From: Vicugna vicugna
Lineage: Eukaryota
DNA: 62,000 nucleotides
Reading direction: 5' to 3'
NCBI GenBank assembly: GCA_013265495.1
Contig: MU058714.1
Span: forward strand, 868,001 to 930,000
The position numbers were made by a program, and so were the translations under genes. Below are positions 37,150-50,415 of the stretch, one piece after another. The notes beneath the pieces are model-generated. The model searched no databases, was not told the origin of the DNA, and worked only from the letters and a program-made list of their open reading frames with translations. Position 1 is the first letter of the stretch; each line of letters starts with the position of its first letter.

Positions 37150-38736
37150 TAACTTTTCATTTTCGTCCATGGTTACTTAGTGTCCTAACAGAATAGGACA
37201 TTTGTGGAGGCAAACACCTGTTTCTGTTTAAATACTTAAAGGAACATTTACTTTAATTATTCCTGCCATCTTCCCGACAAAGAAAATCCAGTGCAGTCTG
37301 TTTTCACATTCCTACACTCAGTAAAATTCTCAAAGCGTGTTTGCAGACTCCGTGACCCTTGCGGGGGGCGGTGAGGGCACTCACTGCCAGGCTGTTGGCC
37401 TGCGTGTGGGCCTGTGGGCACGCGCGCCGGGTGCAGGAGCGGCGGTGCCAGCGTGGCCCCACCCTGGACGGTCACCGCGTGCTTCCTAGTGTCGCACCTG
37501 CACTGGAAACCAGCAACGCTTTCAGTTCAGGTGAAGTGGGGAGGGACGGTCGCACCCTGACCCTTTCGAGCACTTGTTCCCAGCATTCCTACAGCTCTTC
37601 CGCTGCGGCTTGTGCCCCGATGGCTGTCCCAGGAAGAGCACCCGGGGAGCCAGGCTGTAAGCGGAGCTGGTTTTTTTTTTTTTCATACAACACTGTTTTC
37701 CCTTGAAAGAACAACTGTAAGAATTTTCTTAAAAATGAGAAGCGAGCTGTCACTTCAAGGAAAACAACTGATGGCATTTGTTGCCAATGATAAAATTTGA
37801 GGTTTTGACTGAAAATTAAAATGTTGAGAAGCCTGTATCTGCCACTGTGAACTTGACGGCTTCCCGGTGTCTGAAGCCTCTCCTGCTGAGAACAGCGGGG
37901 GCGGCGCCGACTGCGGTCCTCGGATGTTGCAGAGGGAGGCGCGGCGAGCTTGGGAAGGTCTGCGTGCCTTGGTGACCAGTCATTTGTAGATGACCCGTGA
38001 GTGGGGTCGCAAAGGCACGTGCGGTCAAAGAGCCACTCAGAGCGTGAGGCAGAGCGCAGCAATTTAATGTAACAGCAGGAAAGGGTTTTGAAACAGTTTC
38101 AGAGTCTATGGTGCAAATAACCTTTGAGAAACTGCCGCTTGTTGAGTTTTGGTGTAGTATCAAGAAGTATTCCAGTTATTGGAAAAAGCTACATAGAGAT
38201 GTGCGGCTGCATACCCGGGGAGGCTGGGTTTCCTCTGTGGGCTTCAAGAGGACATGCTGCAGCGGGCTGAATGCAAAAGCAGACAGAGACCCGCCCCCCA
38301 CCCGCCGTCTGGGAAGTCAGACAGTAAAGTGATTCTTAAAAAGGAGAAACATTGCCACGCCTCTCACTAATTTTTTTTTTGAGAAGATAGAGGTTTGTTT
38401 TTAAATAAAAATACATCATTTATCAGGAGGAGGATGTAGCTCAGTGGTAGACTGCATGCCCAGCATGCACGAGGTCCTGGGTTCAGTCCCCAGTGCTCTA
38501 TTTAAATGAATGAATGAATGAATAAATAAATGAAACCTAATTACCTACCCCTCCAATATATCGTTTATGTTAATATGTTATAGGTTGTGATTGTTCATTT
38601 TAAATGGATTAATACAAATGAAAAAAAAAAACCCTGTTCTATCACATGATAAATATTGATAGTCAGGGCTTTGAGACCCGCCACAAATTTTAAGAGTATA
38701 AAGGGTTCCTGAGACCAAAAAGATTGAGAGCTGCTG
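37150..38736 (+). mobile_element. Charlie1-like hAT DNA transposon relic (copy 2; 5' boundary approximate)
   Basis: cttcaaggaaaacaactg...gttgccaatgataaaatt, the relic LTFEKLPLVEFW-like frame (ITFEKLPLVEFW) and the terminal cctgagaccaaaaagattgagagctgctg; colinear with copy 1. Confidence 0.85.
38425..38555 (+). mobile_element. vic-1-like tRNA SINE nested in Charlie1 copy 2
   Basis: GTAGCTCAGTGGTAGA (A box), GGGTTCAGTCCCC (B box), (GAAT)n linker and cctaattacct tail. Confidence 0.9.
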
Positions 38737-41700
38737 GCTTATAGAAACGGAAGTGGTGTTGAGTGATCTGTCAGCCCTCTGAACGTGGGAGGCGAGCCTC
38801 GGCTCCTCGTCCGGCACCAGCACCCCGACTGTCAGAGGCAGGCCCCTTTCTGTGTGCTGCTCTTGCAGTGTGACGCGAAGCGCCTGCCTATGGGCAGCCT
38901 GTGCCCCGCAGCCACGGGACGCCGGCGTGGCAGCCACGCGCGTTTTCCTTCTGCTCCCAAAGTCAGGGATGCGTGTGCCCTCTCTGCGTGGAGGGGCTTG
39001 TCTGGGGCTGTGAGCGCAGCGCAAGGGTACAGCCTTTAAAATCAGCAGAGAGAACTAGCCATTACTGAAAATTAAACATGTAATTGAAAGTATCCATCAC
39101 AGGCGGGCTCTGCTCTGTATTTCTCAAGTGTGGCGACGTTAATCAGCAGGGCTGCAGTCCGTTCCCTGGGGCATTGCCATTTGGGGAGTGGGACTTCTTC
39201 CCGCCAAGGGCTTGGAGATACAGCCCTGTGACATCTGTCCTGGCGACAACTGCCCCTTTTCATTTTGGCTTTTGTGTATTTCAGAACTCAGAGCCGGGAG
39301 GGTACGAGAACCTTCAGCAGGAGCTCAGTAAATGCCCGCTCTGTTAAGAACGCCATAGCGCCTGAATTCGGCGGTGATCCTTTCTGCTCACTTCGTTTTC
39401 CCCCCGGGTTAACTGATGGACGGACTAGTTGGCTGGGTCTGAGAGGCACGCAGGTGTTTACAGAGGCACTCAGCCTAAATCTACCTTCGAGAGCACACCA
39501 GCAAAAAAAATTACTTGGCCGGTGTTTGCAGAAGGGCCAGTCCCATGACCCTGTGCTCCCGTTTGTGTACACAGTTTTGTGAAACGCGGCAGACGCTGGG
39601 CTTGCGCTTTCCGCCTTTGCGGTTGCTGTAGCCTGGCGTCCACGCAGGTTGGGGGACGGATGCTAGAATTTCAAACCTTTAAAAAAATAGATTAAGTGAG
39701 TTGATGCGGGGCTTACGTCTGCTGCAGCACACAGTGGGGGTCAGGTGGGTTTCCCCAGCCTTTTTCTTAAACATCTAGTTTCATTAGGTAGAAAAAAAGC
39801 AAAGCACAGCAACGGCAGTGGACCCGTGACTCTCCAAGGGGGGTCTGGCAGCGCCTCGGGCATCCCGCGGGCTGGGGTGTGCGGGCCTGACGGAGCCCGA
39901 CAGCTCCCTCTCGGGGACGTCTGCACGAGTGTGCGCATCCCCTCTGCTTCTGTGGTATGTGGGATGTAGTTTTGGTTTTGATGCTTTCAATAATCTGGCC
40001 AAGCTATTAGGATTTTTCTTGTAAGGGTTCTGGCCACCAGCCAGCTGCCCTGCTGCTTTGGGATACATCTTTTTTAGGAGAGCTTGCTAGGAACTTTATT
40101 AAAATATAATATTTACTTATTTTTTTGGACTGATGTAAGTGTGTCTCGATAACGCGTACGGCATCATTTTCATTGTATTAGCACTTGAACCCAAAGGCTG
40201 GGCAGGTTAGTTGGGATGTTGCTAGTTCGTGCTGTCAGGTTCACAGGGTCTGTCACCGTGGATGCGGGTTGTGAGGAAGCGCGCGTGGGAGCAGGGGCTC
40301 CGGAAGCAGCTTCTCTGGGGCTGCCACTGCTTACATTCGTTTCCCTTTAAGGAAACCTGCTCATCTCTGCCGGGTCCTCATCGCACGTCTTCCAAGATGG
40401 GACTGGAATCAGTAAGAGATGATTGACCTATTAGGACTTTGCAAATGTTAAAAAAAAAGTGAAGAAGAAGCATGTTTATCTTTCTGTCTGCATGTTATAG
40501 AACTTCCCTCTCCAGTTTTGTCTTTCCCTCTTTTCAAAGGCTAGCAGGCGTCTAACTCCAGCTTTTGTCTTTAATGTTTGCCTTCAGGGCTGTGGGTCCC
40601 CTCAGGGGCTGGTGCGTTTGCGGTCATCAGGAGGGGCGCGGGCCCCTCGGGCGGGCTTCCGGCGGCGCTGGGGCCCCTGCAGTGCTTCTCTTTGATGGGG
40701 GGCACCCAGGTTTATGTTCTGTTTAACTTGCTTCTTGGGTGGTGGGTGGTGTGAGTTTTAGACTTCGTTCTCTCATCCTGGAGGCGCTGGTGTGGGGGTC
40801 ACCCGTGGGGAGCGCAGCCCTGTGCATTTGACAACTTTTCCCCTTGTTTGAATGGACTCTTGCTGCGGTTGACTTGGGAGCGGCTGGGTTCAGCCAGGGG
40901 CCTGGTCGTCACGTCACAGGTCCCTCACGTTTTCTCAGAGCCCAGTGTGATGTGCCCTAACCAGGGGACGAAGGTTGCGGGGTTTTAGCAGGCCAGCCCT
41001 TCCGAGAGGGGCCAGGCGCCGCCGCAGGGCCCTTCCCAGCTCTCATCCCACGGGGTTTGTGCACAGGCCCATGATGATGGGTAAGGGCGATGAACAGCAG
41101 TGGGTGACGTGAACACATTTTGGAAGCTGGAAACAGCTGTTGCCATAACAAAACCGTAAAGCCTTTGGCCTTGGCTTTGGGACAGGTAGAGGGCCAGTCT
41201 GAGGGCCTCGCGGAAGCATTCAGGGCCGGGGGGAGGGGTGTCTGTCCCTCCTGCCTGGACGGACAGAAGGTGAGCGCACGTGCCTGGCCGGATGGGGCCC
41301 CCTCCTGGGGAGGGCGTGGGCGTTGCAAACTAGAGGGATAGGGCTCCTCACGGTGGGTGGTGGCACGTTTGGGGTGGCAGTCGTGGCAAAGAGCAAATCG
41401 CACAGAACGGCTTAGCTGGAACCAGCCATCTAGTCTAGTCCAGGAGATTTCCAGGCAGAATATCCCAAGAGCCACCTGGCGTCTGCTCGGGGCCTGTGGC
41501 AGTACCGGGGAGGAGCAGATGAGCTGAAGCCTTGCAGGACAGTGGCAGGATCCGCCGGGGTCAGAAATCAACTGTCTCGCTCTCAGCCTCGTCTCCAGGC
41601 CAAGGGGCCTCACCTGAACAGACGGCCCCAGGCAGGTGGCACCTCTGGGCTGATGTGGGAGCCTTCGCTGAGGCCTCAGATCTGGGCTGCGGTGGGGCCT

Positions 41701-42299
41701 CCTCCCCCACGGTCCTTCCCTCGGATGCCGGCCTCTGAGAGTCGGAAGGACAGGGAGCCCGGACCGGGAGGTGGGGACAAAGGGCTCTTCATGGGTGTGG
41801 CTTTGTCTGGTGGAGTGGATTATCAGTTGATACACAAACCCCACAGAATTTGTAAAGAGATTATGTGTCTGCTTGGACTGAAAGCAACAGAACAAAATGA
41901 AAAAAGGCCTTTGGATCCCCGAACTTCTACAGGCAGACAGCAGGCTGAGAAAACTGCCCAGCTGCAACCGAAGCTGCTTTTTCTGGGAATCGGCGTGCTG
42001 GTGGTCAGTCCTTAGGAGCCGGAAGGTCTGGGGCTACATTGTTACCAGTTCACGTCTCCTGTCTGGTGAAGGTTCTTAGCATCTGAGAGTCTCAGGACGC
42101 ATGCACGAGACAGATCTGGGCAGTCAGAGCGGCTACAGCAGAGGAGGGGGGTGCGCCGGCCCGGGAGCCCCACAGGGGCCTGCTGGCGGCGGGCGTGTAT
42201 CTGAGAGGGCGGCGCCATGCACCCCAGAGCACAACCCCCGCAGCCAGCCAGAGCCCCAAGCAGGCACCAGGCTCAGGTGCCTCTGCTCTCCCGTACCGC

Positions 42300-42420
42300 C
42301 CGCCGTGTGTGCGTGTGTGGTGTGCGTGCACCATGTGTGCGCCGTGCGTGCATGTACTGCGTGTGCAGAGTGTACACCTTGAGTATGTGTCGTGTGTGTG
42401 CCGTGCACCCCATGTATGTG
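42300..42420. repeat. Degenerate (TG/CG)-rich simple repeat
   Basis: Alternating purine-pyrimidine runs (gtgtgtgcgtgtgtggtgtgcgtgc...). Confidence 0.7.
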
Positions 42421-45400
42421 TCCTTAGTGCCCAGGCCTTTGGACCAGAGGGGTCCTGTGAGGAGCCCCATCCACCCCGGGACGTGATCTTGGTGACAAGA
42501 TCTGGTCGTCAAGCCGCGGGGGCTATCCTGGGGCCCGGGGCCTTGGAGAGGTGCCAGGTGCACTTGTACGTGGGCGGATGTGAACTGCGGCCAGCAGGAC
42601 CACAGACTGGGGACCACACAGCCTGCCCCTCCCACACGGTGACACTTCTTCCCCTGAGAGGCCGCGTCCCTCTTCCGTCCTCGTGGGTCTGGGCCACCCG
42701 TGACCATGGTAGAAAGGATGCCCTGTGCCTTGGGGGCTAAAGACAACACTGCCTCTGCCTGGTTCTCCCCGGGCGCCCGTGCTGGGAACCGAGCCACCGA
42801 GCCACGAGGAAGCCCAGAGCAGCCCCGCGTGGGAGGCCACGAGGGGAGGCTGCGCTTTGGTGTCCCAGGGCTGCAGAGCTGGGGTCCCACCCGCATCAAC
42901 TGCCAGATGCATGAGAGAAGCAGCTTCCAGGTGGTTCCAGGGTGAGTCATTGCTGGCCTTTGTGCGCTGCCAGCCGCGGCCCCAGACGTCCTGGAGCAGA
43001 GACAGGCTGTCCCTCGGCCCCTTTCTGAATCCCCGCCAGGAGGGTCAGCACTGAGGGCGTGGGTGCTGCGAAGCCCCGGGCCATGGAGCCCCCGCAGCGA
43101 GCACCCCGCGTTAGAGCCGGGGCCACGGCCCGCAGGCGGGCGGGAGGTTTTTACCATGTGCATTCCAGTTCTCCTCCCACCCTCTGGCGTACTCGCTATT
43201 CCGCAGGTTTGCCGCCAGCAGGGTGGCCCCTGCGCTTCCTGGGTCGCAGGCGGGATGCTTCGCACCTCGCGCCTTCCCACGTGCGTGTGTCTTGGGGGTT
43301 TTCCTCCGTGCGCGGTGGAGCTGCTGTCTGCCCAGCTCACCATGCCGTTTATTTTCGTCATGAAAAGCATCTCCATCAATGAGAATAATCTCACTTTCAT
43401 CCAGGCAATGCAAGCCATGGACTTTATTAAGTAAATTGAAAATGATTCTAAATCTCATCCTGTTTCCACACCAAGAGAAATCTATCAAGAAACCGTGAAA
43501 GCACCGAAAGCTCAGGATGAGGGGGATTTGGCATAAATGATAGTTTTTCTGAGAGCTTAAGATCGGCCAGAGGGCTAATTTGTAATCAAGTACTAAGAAG
43601 CGTTAAGTTCAGGAGCCTGGGGGAGGTGCATCCCGACCCACCCAGTGCCGCCTGTGATTGCTGGCGGGCCCTCTGAAGGGTGAGCGGGGTAGGGAGAGAC
43701 GCGGTTGCTGTCTGGTCTGCGTCCCTGTCCCCAGGACACCCCTCCGCTGATCCCTCCGAAGCCTCCCAGGACTCGGCATGTGGTCTTTGTGGCTGTGACC
43801 ATCACAGTGGAAGGAGGCAGGAAAGCCTGTGCAGGGAGCAGGTGCGCGGGCTGAGGCTGGGGGAAACCAGGCACAGGTTCCAGGGCGCCTCTGCCGGAGC
43901 CGCACAGAACACGCCCAAGTCCCCCAGGAGCGAGCTGGGACCACACTTGTGGAATGTTGATGACCAGGGACTTTCCGTAGAAGCTCAGTGCCAAGGGTGT
44001 TGATGGGGGCTGGTCATGCGGGCAGCCTCTGCTTGGCGGGTGCCGAAGTTCCCGGCTCCCATAAGGAAAACAAGCGTCCAGCGCGAAGCCCGTTTCAGCC
44101 GAAGACTGAACCATAATACAGCTTAGCCACACAAGGGAGGTCGCAGGAAGCAGCGGGGGAAGGAAGGACTTAGTTTTTTAGAGCTTCGTGTTAAGCGCTG
44201 GACAGAAACCGAAGGTTCCTGAGCTCCTGAGCTACGCTGGTACCAAAGGAGGGCGGAGTGGCTTTTGTGAGAACGGCATCCGGCTGTTACCATGGGGGCC
44301 TCTGCAGGGTGTTTACATTACAAAGTGGTAAAAATAATTTCCTCCCTCTTTGTCAATTTAGGGATAATCATTGGCTGAAGGAGTGAGCTGGTCTTTTGAG
44401 GGCAGAGCAGTGGGGCTGCTGCAGGAGCGGGGTAGCCGTGGCGCGGCCCCGTGGCCCGGAAGGTGGCGTCTGCGGGCTGGCCGTGCGCTCAGGGTTTCTC
44501 TGCGCACAGGAGCACCTGCCCGCAGCCACTGCGGGCGGGGCTGGGCTGCCACCATCATTCCAGTCCCCGCCGTCCCCTGGGTCAGGGCTGCGCTGCTAGT
44601 TCTGGAGTCTGAGAACATTACTATAGGGGGCTTTTTTTTGTACGGATTTGAATGAAACGTGGTGAAATAAGGGCTTATACACTCCTGGTCTTGGGGTGTG
44701 CCCCGCTGTCCACCAGCACTCCCGGGGGGCCGTGGGGCCGGGGCATAAGGGCAAGCTTTGCTGAATCTCCAGGTGACATCTTCAGCCAGGCAAAGAGGAA
44801 AGAGAGACTGGATGCTTTTAACTCAGCGTTTTGCAGTGAAATTACTGACAGCTTGAGAGTTGGTCTTACTCTTCTACTAAATAATAGTTTCGTGATGAAA
44901 GTTATGCAGCCTCTCAGGTTTCAGTTTGTGGAGTTAATAAAAAGTGGGGAGGCAGTGAAGACAGAGTGGACGACTTGTAAACCGCCTCCCGGCCTCAGGC
45001 TCGGTGAGGCTGGTTTGGGCTGGAGGACGCGGCAGGTCATTCCGTGCCTGCGCCCTTTGCGGGCTCACGGGACAGGGAGGCCGTGTGGGGCCAGGGAGGG
45101 GAGGCCTACGCCTCTCGTCTAGTGACGGACACGCCGGCTGCGAAGTAGATGGAAGGGGGTTGAATCCTGGCTGGGTCCCAGGGCATTTCTCTTCCCGAGA
45201 TGCGGTTTCAGAAGCTGAAACATTGGTGGTGGAATTTACCTGTGTTTGGAGGCGGAGTTAGGTCCACAGAGTTCCCACGCAGCCTGACACATGACACACG
45301 TAGGCCTCGCAGACCTGTCCCTCCTGCTGGCTACCAGGAAGGCCCGCACCGTCTCAGGCCCTGGGTCCACGGCGCTGGGCCCGCCCCAGAACGAGCCGGG

Positions 45401-48400
45401 GCCGCGTCAGAAAGACATGGGTGTGCCGCCCAGGAACTGGCGTCACGCTGGCTCTGCTCGTCCTCTGTCGTCATGGTTTGGAAGTGCGAGCAGCTGCGTG
45501 CAGCTCCAGGGCTGCGGGGCGGTGGGGGGTCGGGCACCGAGCTGCTGTTGTCTATGATGGCTCCTACTCGCAGATCTTTAAGGAAGTGGCTTCCTTAGCC
45601 GCGGAAAAAGTGTTGGCGCAGTCTTCAGAAATACTTGCAGGTGTGCGGTGGTTTTCTTGGTGAGCGACGTCTCCGCCCCCGTCTTGCCTTTGTGGAGACT
45701 GTTGATTAATTTGGATCTGGGGAGTCGTCCTGTTGTGCTCACTTTGTTTTGGTGATGAGACTGTGGGAGTGGTTGCCTGAGGCAAGTCTCAGGCTTCCGT
45801 TTGCATCCGTCCATCCGTCCACCGTCCAGCCAGCCGTCTGTGCTGCTCACCTGCTCATCTGTCTGTTTCTCTGTACACCCATCCCCTCGTTCACTCACAC
45901 TGTGTCCATATGTCACAGTAGCTATTTATCAGTAGATAAATGGAGCATCTCTGCATCCATTTCTCACTCGCGTGGAGGCCTGTGCAGGGGAGGGTTGCCT
46001 TGCACACCTCCCTGTGCAATCAGGAGGGCCTTTCTCGGAGTGAAGCACCGCTCTGGATGACTGGCGGGGGCTGCTCAGGTTGGAGGCTCACTGACCAGGC
46101 AGGTGGCGCGGCACAGACCCCCGGGCCGCAGAGCCGGGCAGTTGTCAGTTGTTGGGACGCTCAGGCCTCATCGGGTGGCTGCTTGCATGCTGCATGTCTG
46201 TGCGCCACATGTCTGAGTGCCCTCCATCCATGTTTTTAAAAAAATTTATTAAATCCTCGTTCACAATAGGAAAATAGAATTTTTATTATAATGCTGCTGA
46301 GATATGTAAAAACGAATGCGACATATGAATTCTTTATGGTTAAGGAATTTTATATAGTTTTTGATCCAAAACCAACAGAAATGAAATATAAATCCAACTG
46401 TAAAACCAATAAAATCCAAATGAACACCATCAATTTATTGTGACAAAATGATGCAGTTTGGCTGATGGTAAATTGCTGAAGTGTTCAATGGTAGAAAGGA
46501 TGTATTTGTATTTTAAAATTTTTAACTGTGGTCACTCAACTCCTTTGACTTTGAGAATGATAGGTGATTCTGTCAGTTTACCTTTCTACACATTTTTAAT
46601 AGGTGACATACATCCATGTGTTCAGAAACCCAGATGCCACGGAGAGGTGAACTGAGAGGACCCTCCAGCGCCCCCTCCCTCCGCTCTGTCACGCACGAGG
46701 CTCTCCAGTCTCTGGCGCGTCCCTCTAGCAGGTGGAACACACACTTGCATGTCCCTCCTTCTCTTCGGCAGAAGTTGCGTTTGTACACATGGCTCTGCGA
46801 TGTCCTTCTTCCATCTAACGGGACGTTCTTGGCTCTTCCCGCATCTGTACGTGGAAGACCTGGGGCCGTCATTTGCCTTGCTGTCTTTACCGATGTGCTT
46901 GTTTTAACCTCCGGCCCACACCTTTCCTCGTGGTTCCCCGACAGCCGTGTGCAGTAGGTGGCGGTGGTGAGGAGCAGAGCCTGGGACTCAGGCGGCTGGT
47001 GAGAGGCAAGGCTAGGAACTGACCCCTGGATCCTGGGCCTGTTTGATTCCAAAGGTCGTGGTCACTGCTGCCGTCTCCAGCCCCCGTGGCCGCTCGGAGT
47101 GCAGCGAGGCCGGGAACTGCTCCTCCTCGGGTCCAGCCCCAGCCGCCACCGACGTCCCCGAAGGCTCTCGGGGGGAGAAAACGTTCAGAGGCCAAAATCA
47201 TCACTGGATTTAGCTCTGGGCATTCTGTGCGTTACTCCAGCTCAGCCAACGGCAAACCAGGGGGCGGAAGACACACAAAGGTTTTCCCAAGGTGTGGTTG
47301 CCCCAGCAGGCGGCCCCTCTGCCCGCAGTCTCACACGGCCCAGCTGGCCAGTCTGCGGAGGGGCGGAGGAAACCCCGGACCGTCGCCGTGAGGAATCTTC
47401 CCGAGCCCGGAGCACACTCAGTCTGCAGGCACCAGAAGTGCACCTGAGCCCACGGGCATCCAGACTGAAGCTGGTGCTGGCAGCTCCGCTACTTCTGGAC
47501 GGCAGGTCGGAGGTGGGGAGGTTCCGGAGTGCCCCACGAGCGGGCCGACGGCAGGCCCGCGGGGTGCTACGTTCCAGGTGTCGGAGCCCGCGCCGGGAGG
47601 TTCAGCAGAAAAGGACCACGTTGCAGGATCTCCAGGAAGACCCAGGCTGGACCCTGGGGCTGTGAAGACCTCAAGGGGCTTCTGTGGCTGCTGAACAGCC
47701 GGGACACGGGGATGACCCCTGTGGGGCCCGGCATTGCTGGGCTGAGGACCCAGTTCTCGGGCGAGTGTGTCTCGCCCAGGCCGCACGCCGACCCCTCAGC
47801 TGCAAGCCAGTCTGAGACACAGTCGTGTTTATTTTCTGCCTTGAGAAGGTGGGGCCACCGCATGGGAGGCTATCAGATGTGCAGGAGAGAGGACAGACGG
47901 CAGGCGCCTGCGGCGTTCCCCGTGGGGGCGGAGTTTCAGCCACTCAGGACCTTTCTTCTCCGATACCCCCAGCGGCACATGCCGGCCCCAGTGCTCCTTG
48001 AAATAGGGGTTTCTTTCTCTCCTGCTCTCCCCACACCTGGTGCCGGCCTCCTTGTCTCCCTGTAGCAGCTGCCTGGCTTCCTCCAGGCTCTGCCTTCCCC
48101 GGGGAATGTTAGCCATTGTCACGACTTGGTCTCCCTGGGAACACGCGTCTGCCTCGACGACTCGGGGGGCCCACGCGCCAGCTCCGGGCTGCGGTGCTGT
48201 TGTCAGTCCGTGGGGAGCGGTGAGGCCTTTGAGAGCAGCTTCACAGTAACGCTGGCCCAGCCAGGAGGCTGCGTGGGAGCAGAACAGCCCCGTGTAGCAG
48301 CCTCCGGCTTCTGCGTGCGAAGATGCCCGCTATCAAGGTGTTCCAGCCGCTCGGGTGTATCTCTGAGCTGGTGTGGGAGCTCTGTGTACTTTGGTTTGTT

Positions 48401-49539
48401 TTGAGACTGTTTTTATGAGGTCTGCACCATGGGTGACATATTGCTGGATAACAGGGTGGAAGAGCGATTAGTCCTGAATGAGTGAGTCAGCCCCCTGCTG
48501 CTAATTGTAGTTTACATTAGGAGTGGTAAGGCGGCGTTGGTGTTTTATCAAATAACGGGAAGCTCTAAACAACCTTGAAATCAATCTGTTTATTGAATCA
48601 GAAAATCTCGTTGTTCCCATAAAAGCAGTTTTAGCTGTGGGCTTGGCCTTGTGTCCTAACCCGGGAAGGAGGGAGGAGCTTAGACAGAGCCCTTTGCTGC
48701 ACCTGCTTTGCCAAGACCAGGTGTTTGTTGGTCGTCGGCCCACATGCAGTTGGGTTAGCAGAGCTCTCGGGAGGGGGTGAGAACACACTGTCCCCGTGGG
48801 CTTGTGGGGAATCACCGCCCTGCGTTCCTCGCCCCAGCCCGGCGCCTGGCCTGCTCGTCGTCTTGGGTAATAGTGTAAGCTTCAGCCAGCCCAGCGAGCT
48901 CCTCTGTGTACCTTCAGGATATAATAACAATTATATGCACACACACGCACACGTGTGAAAATCCTTGACTGGTGGGATGCAGTCATTTTTATAATGTTTC
49001 CCTCTGCTTAGAGAAGTAATGTATGTTCACGGTTGAAAATTTGAAAATACACTCACAGAAGGGCCAGGTATAAAGAGGGACCACCCATTTTCTCCGTTCC
49101 CCGGAGGTGATGGCCACCTGCGACCCGTGACCTCTGCGTGTGTGCATTTGCACACTAGGACTCGTAATTAGGACCCGGATGGGCCCCCCTCTGCCCTCAG
49201 GCTCTGTTGAGGGTGTCCCAAACCATGGAACATCCTTTGAAAAGATGTCTTTTCCAACAGCCCTACTGAGATACAGGGCGCACACTGCAGACTTTGCCTG
49301 CTGACCAACTGTTGTGCAACCTGGAACGCGCGGGAAGGGTGGTGCGATGTTCCTGCTCGTGACAGATAGCGCTCTTTGACCTGTGCCCTCAACCGCCCCT
49401 CCACTCAGATCTCAGGCTTCAACAGAAGGGTTGACGGGTTTAGGCTGCACATTGTCGAATTCTGTAGAGTTAATTTGCAAGTGTATGTATCTTCTTCATA
49501 TTATACCTCTGTGACAAATAAGTACTTTTAGTTTCATAC

Positions 49540-50415
49540 TTTAAAAAAATGGAAGTATAGTTGATTTACAGTGTTGTGTTAGTTTCTGGTGTACAGAAGA
49601 GGGATTCGGTTGTGTGTAGGTATGTGTGTAGATATACTTACACACATATATATAATCTTTCTTCATTGTAGGTATTACAAGCTATTGAATATAGTTCCCT
49701 GTGCTGTATAGTAAGACCTTGTTGTTTATCTATTTTGTATATAGTAGTTTGTATCCACTAATCTCAAACTACTAATTTACCCCTCCTCCCCCTTTCCCCT
49801 TTGGTAATCATAAGTTTGTTTGTTATGTCTGTGAGTGTTTCTGTTTTGCAAATAAGTTCACATGTATTATATTTTAGATTCCACGTGTAAGTGATGTATG
49901 ATATTTGTCTTTCTCTTTTTTTACTTCACTTAGTATGATCATCTCTATGTTGCTGCAACTGGCATTATTTCACTCTTTTTTATGGCTGAATAGTATTCTG
50001 TTTTATAAATATACCACATCTTCTTTATCCAGTCATCTGTCGATGGACACTTAGGTTGTTTCCATGTCTTGGCTGTTGTAAATAGTGCTGCTGTGAACAT
50101 TGGGGTGCAGGTATCTTTTCAAATTAGAGTTCCCTCTGGGTATATGCCCAGGAGTAGGATTGCTGGGTCACATGGTAACTCTACTTTTAGTTTTTTAGGG
50201 AACCTCCATACTGTCCTCCATAGGGGCTGCACCAGTTTGCAGTCCCACCAGCAGTGTAGGAGAGCTCCTTTTCCCCCACAGCCTTGCCAGCATTTATTAT
50301 TTGTAGACTTTTTAATGATGGCCATTCTGACCGGTGTGAGTTGATACCTCATTGTAGTCTTATTTTGCATTTCTCTGATAATTAGCGATGTTGAACATCG
50401 TTTCATGTGCCCGTT
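49540..50415 (-). mobile_element. 5'-truncated LINE-1 (ORF2 C-terminus plus 3' UTR)
   Basis: ORF 50119-50472(-) reads [34 protein letters not shown]...[18 protein letters not shown]; 3' UTR similar to the 20-kb copy. Confidence 0.95.

Noticed and set aside
40957..41967. 336-aa minus-strand ORF
   Set aside because: Non-ATG start, no recognisable homology, GC-driven composition.
42273..43418. 381-aa minus-strand ORF (longest in the track)
   Set aside because: Low-complexity Arg/Gly/Pro/Ala composition, runs through a simple repeat and has no recognisable domain; expected in stop-poor GC-rich DNA.
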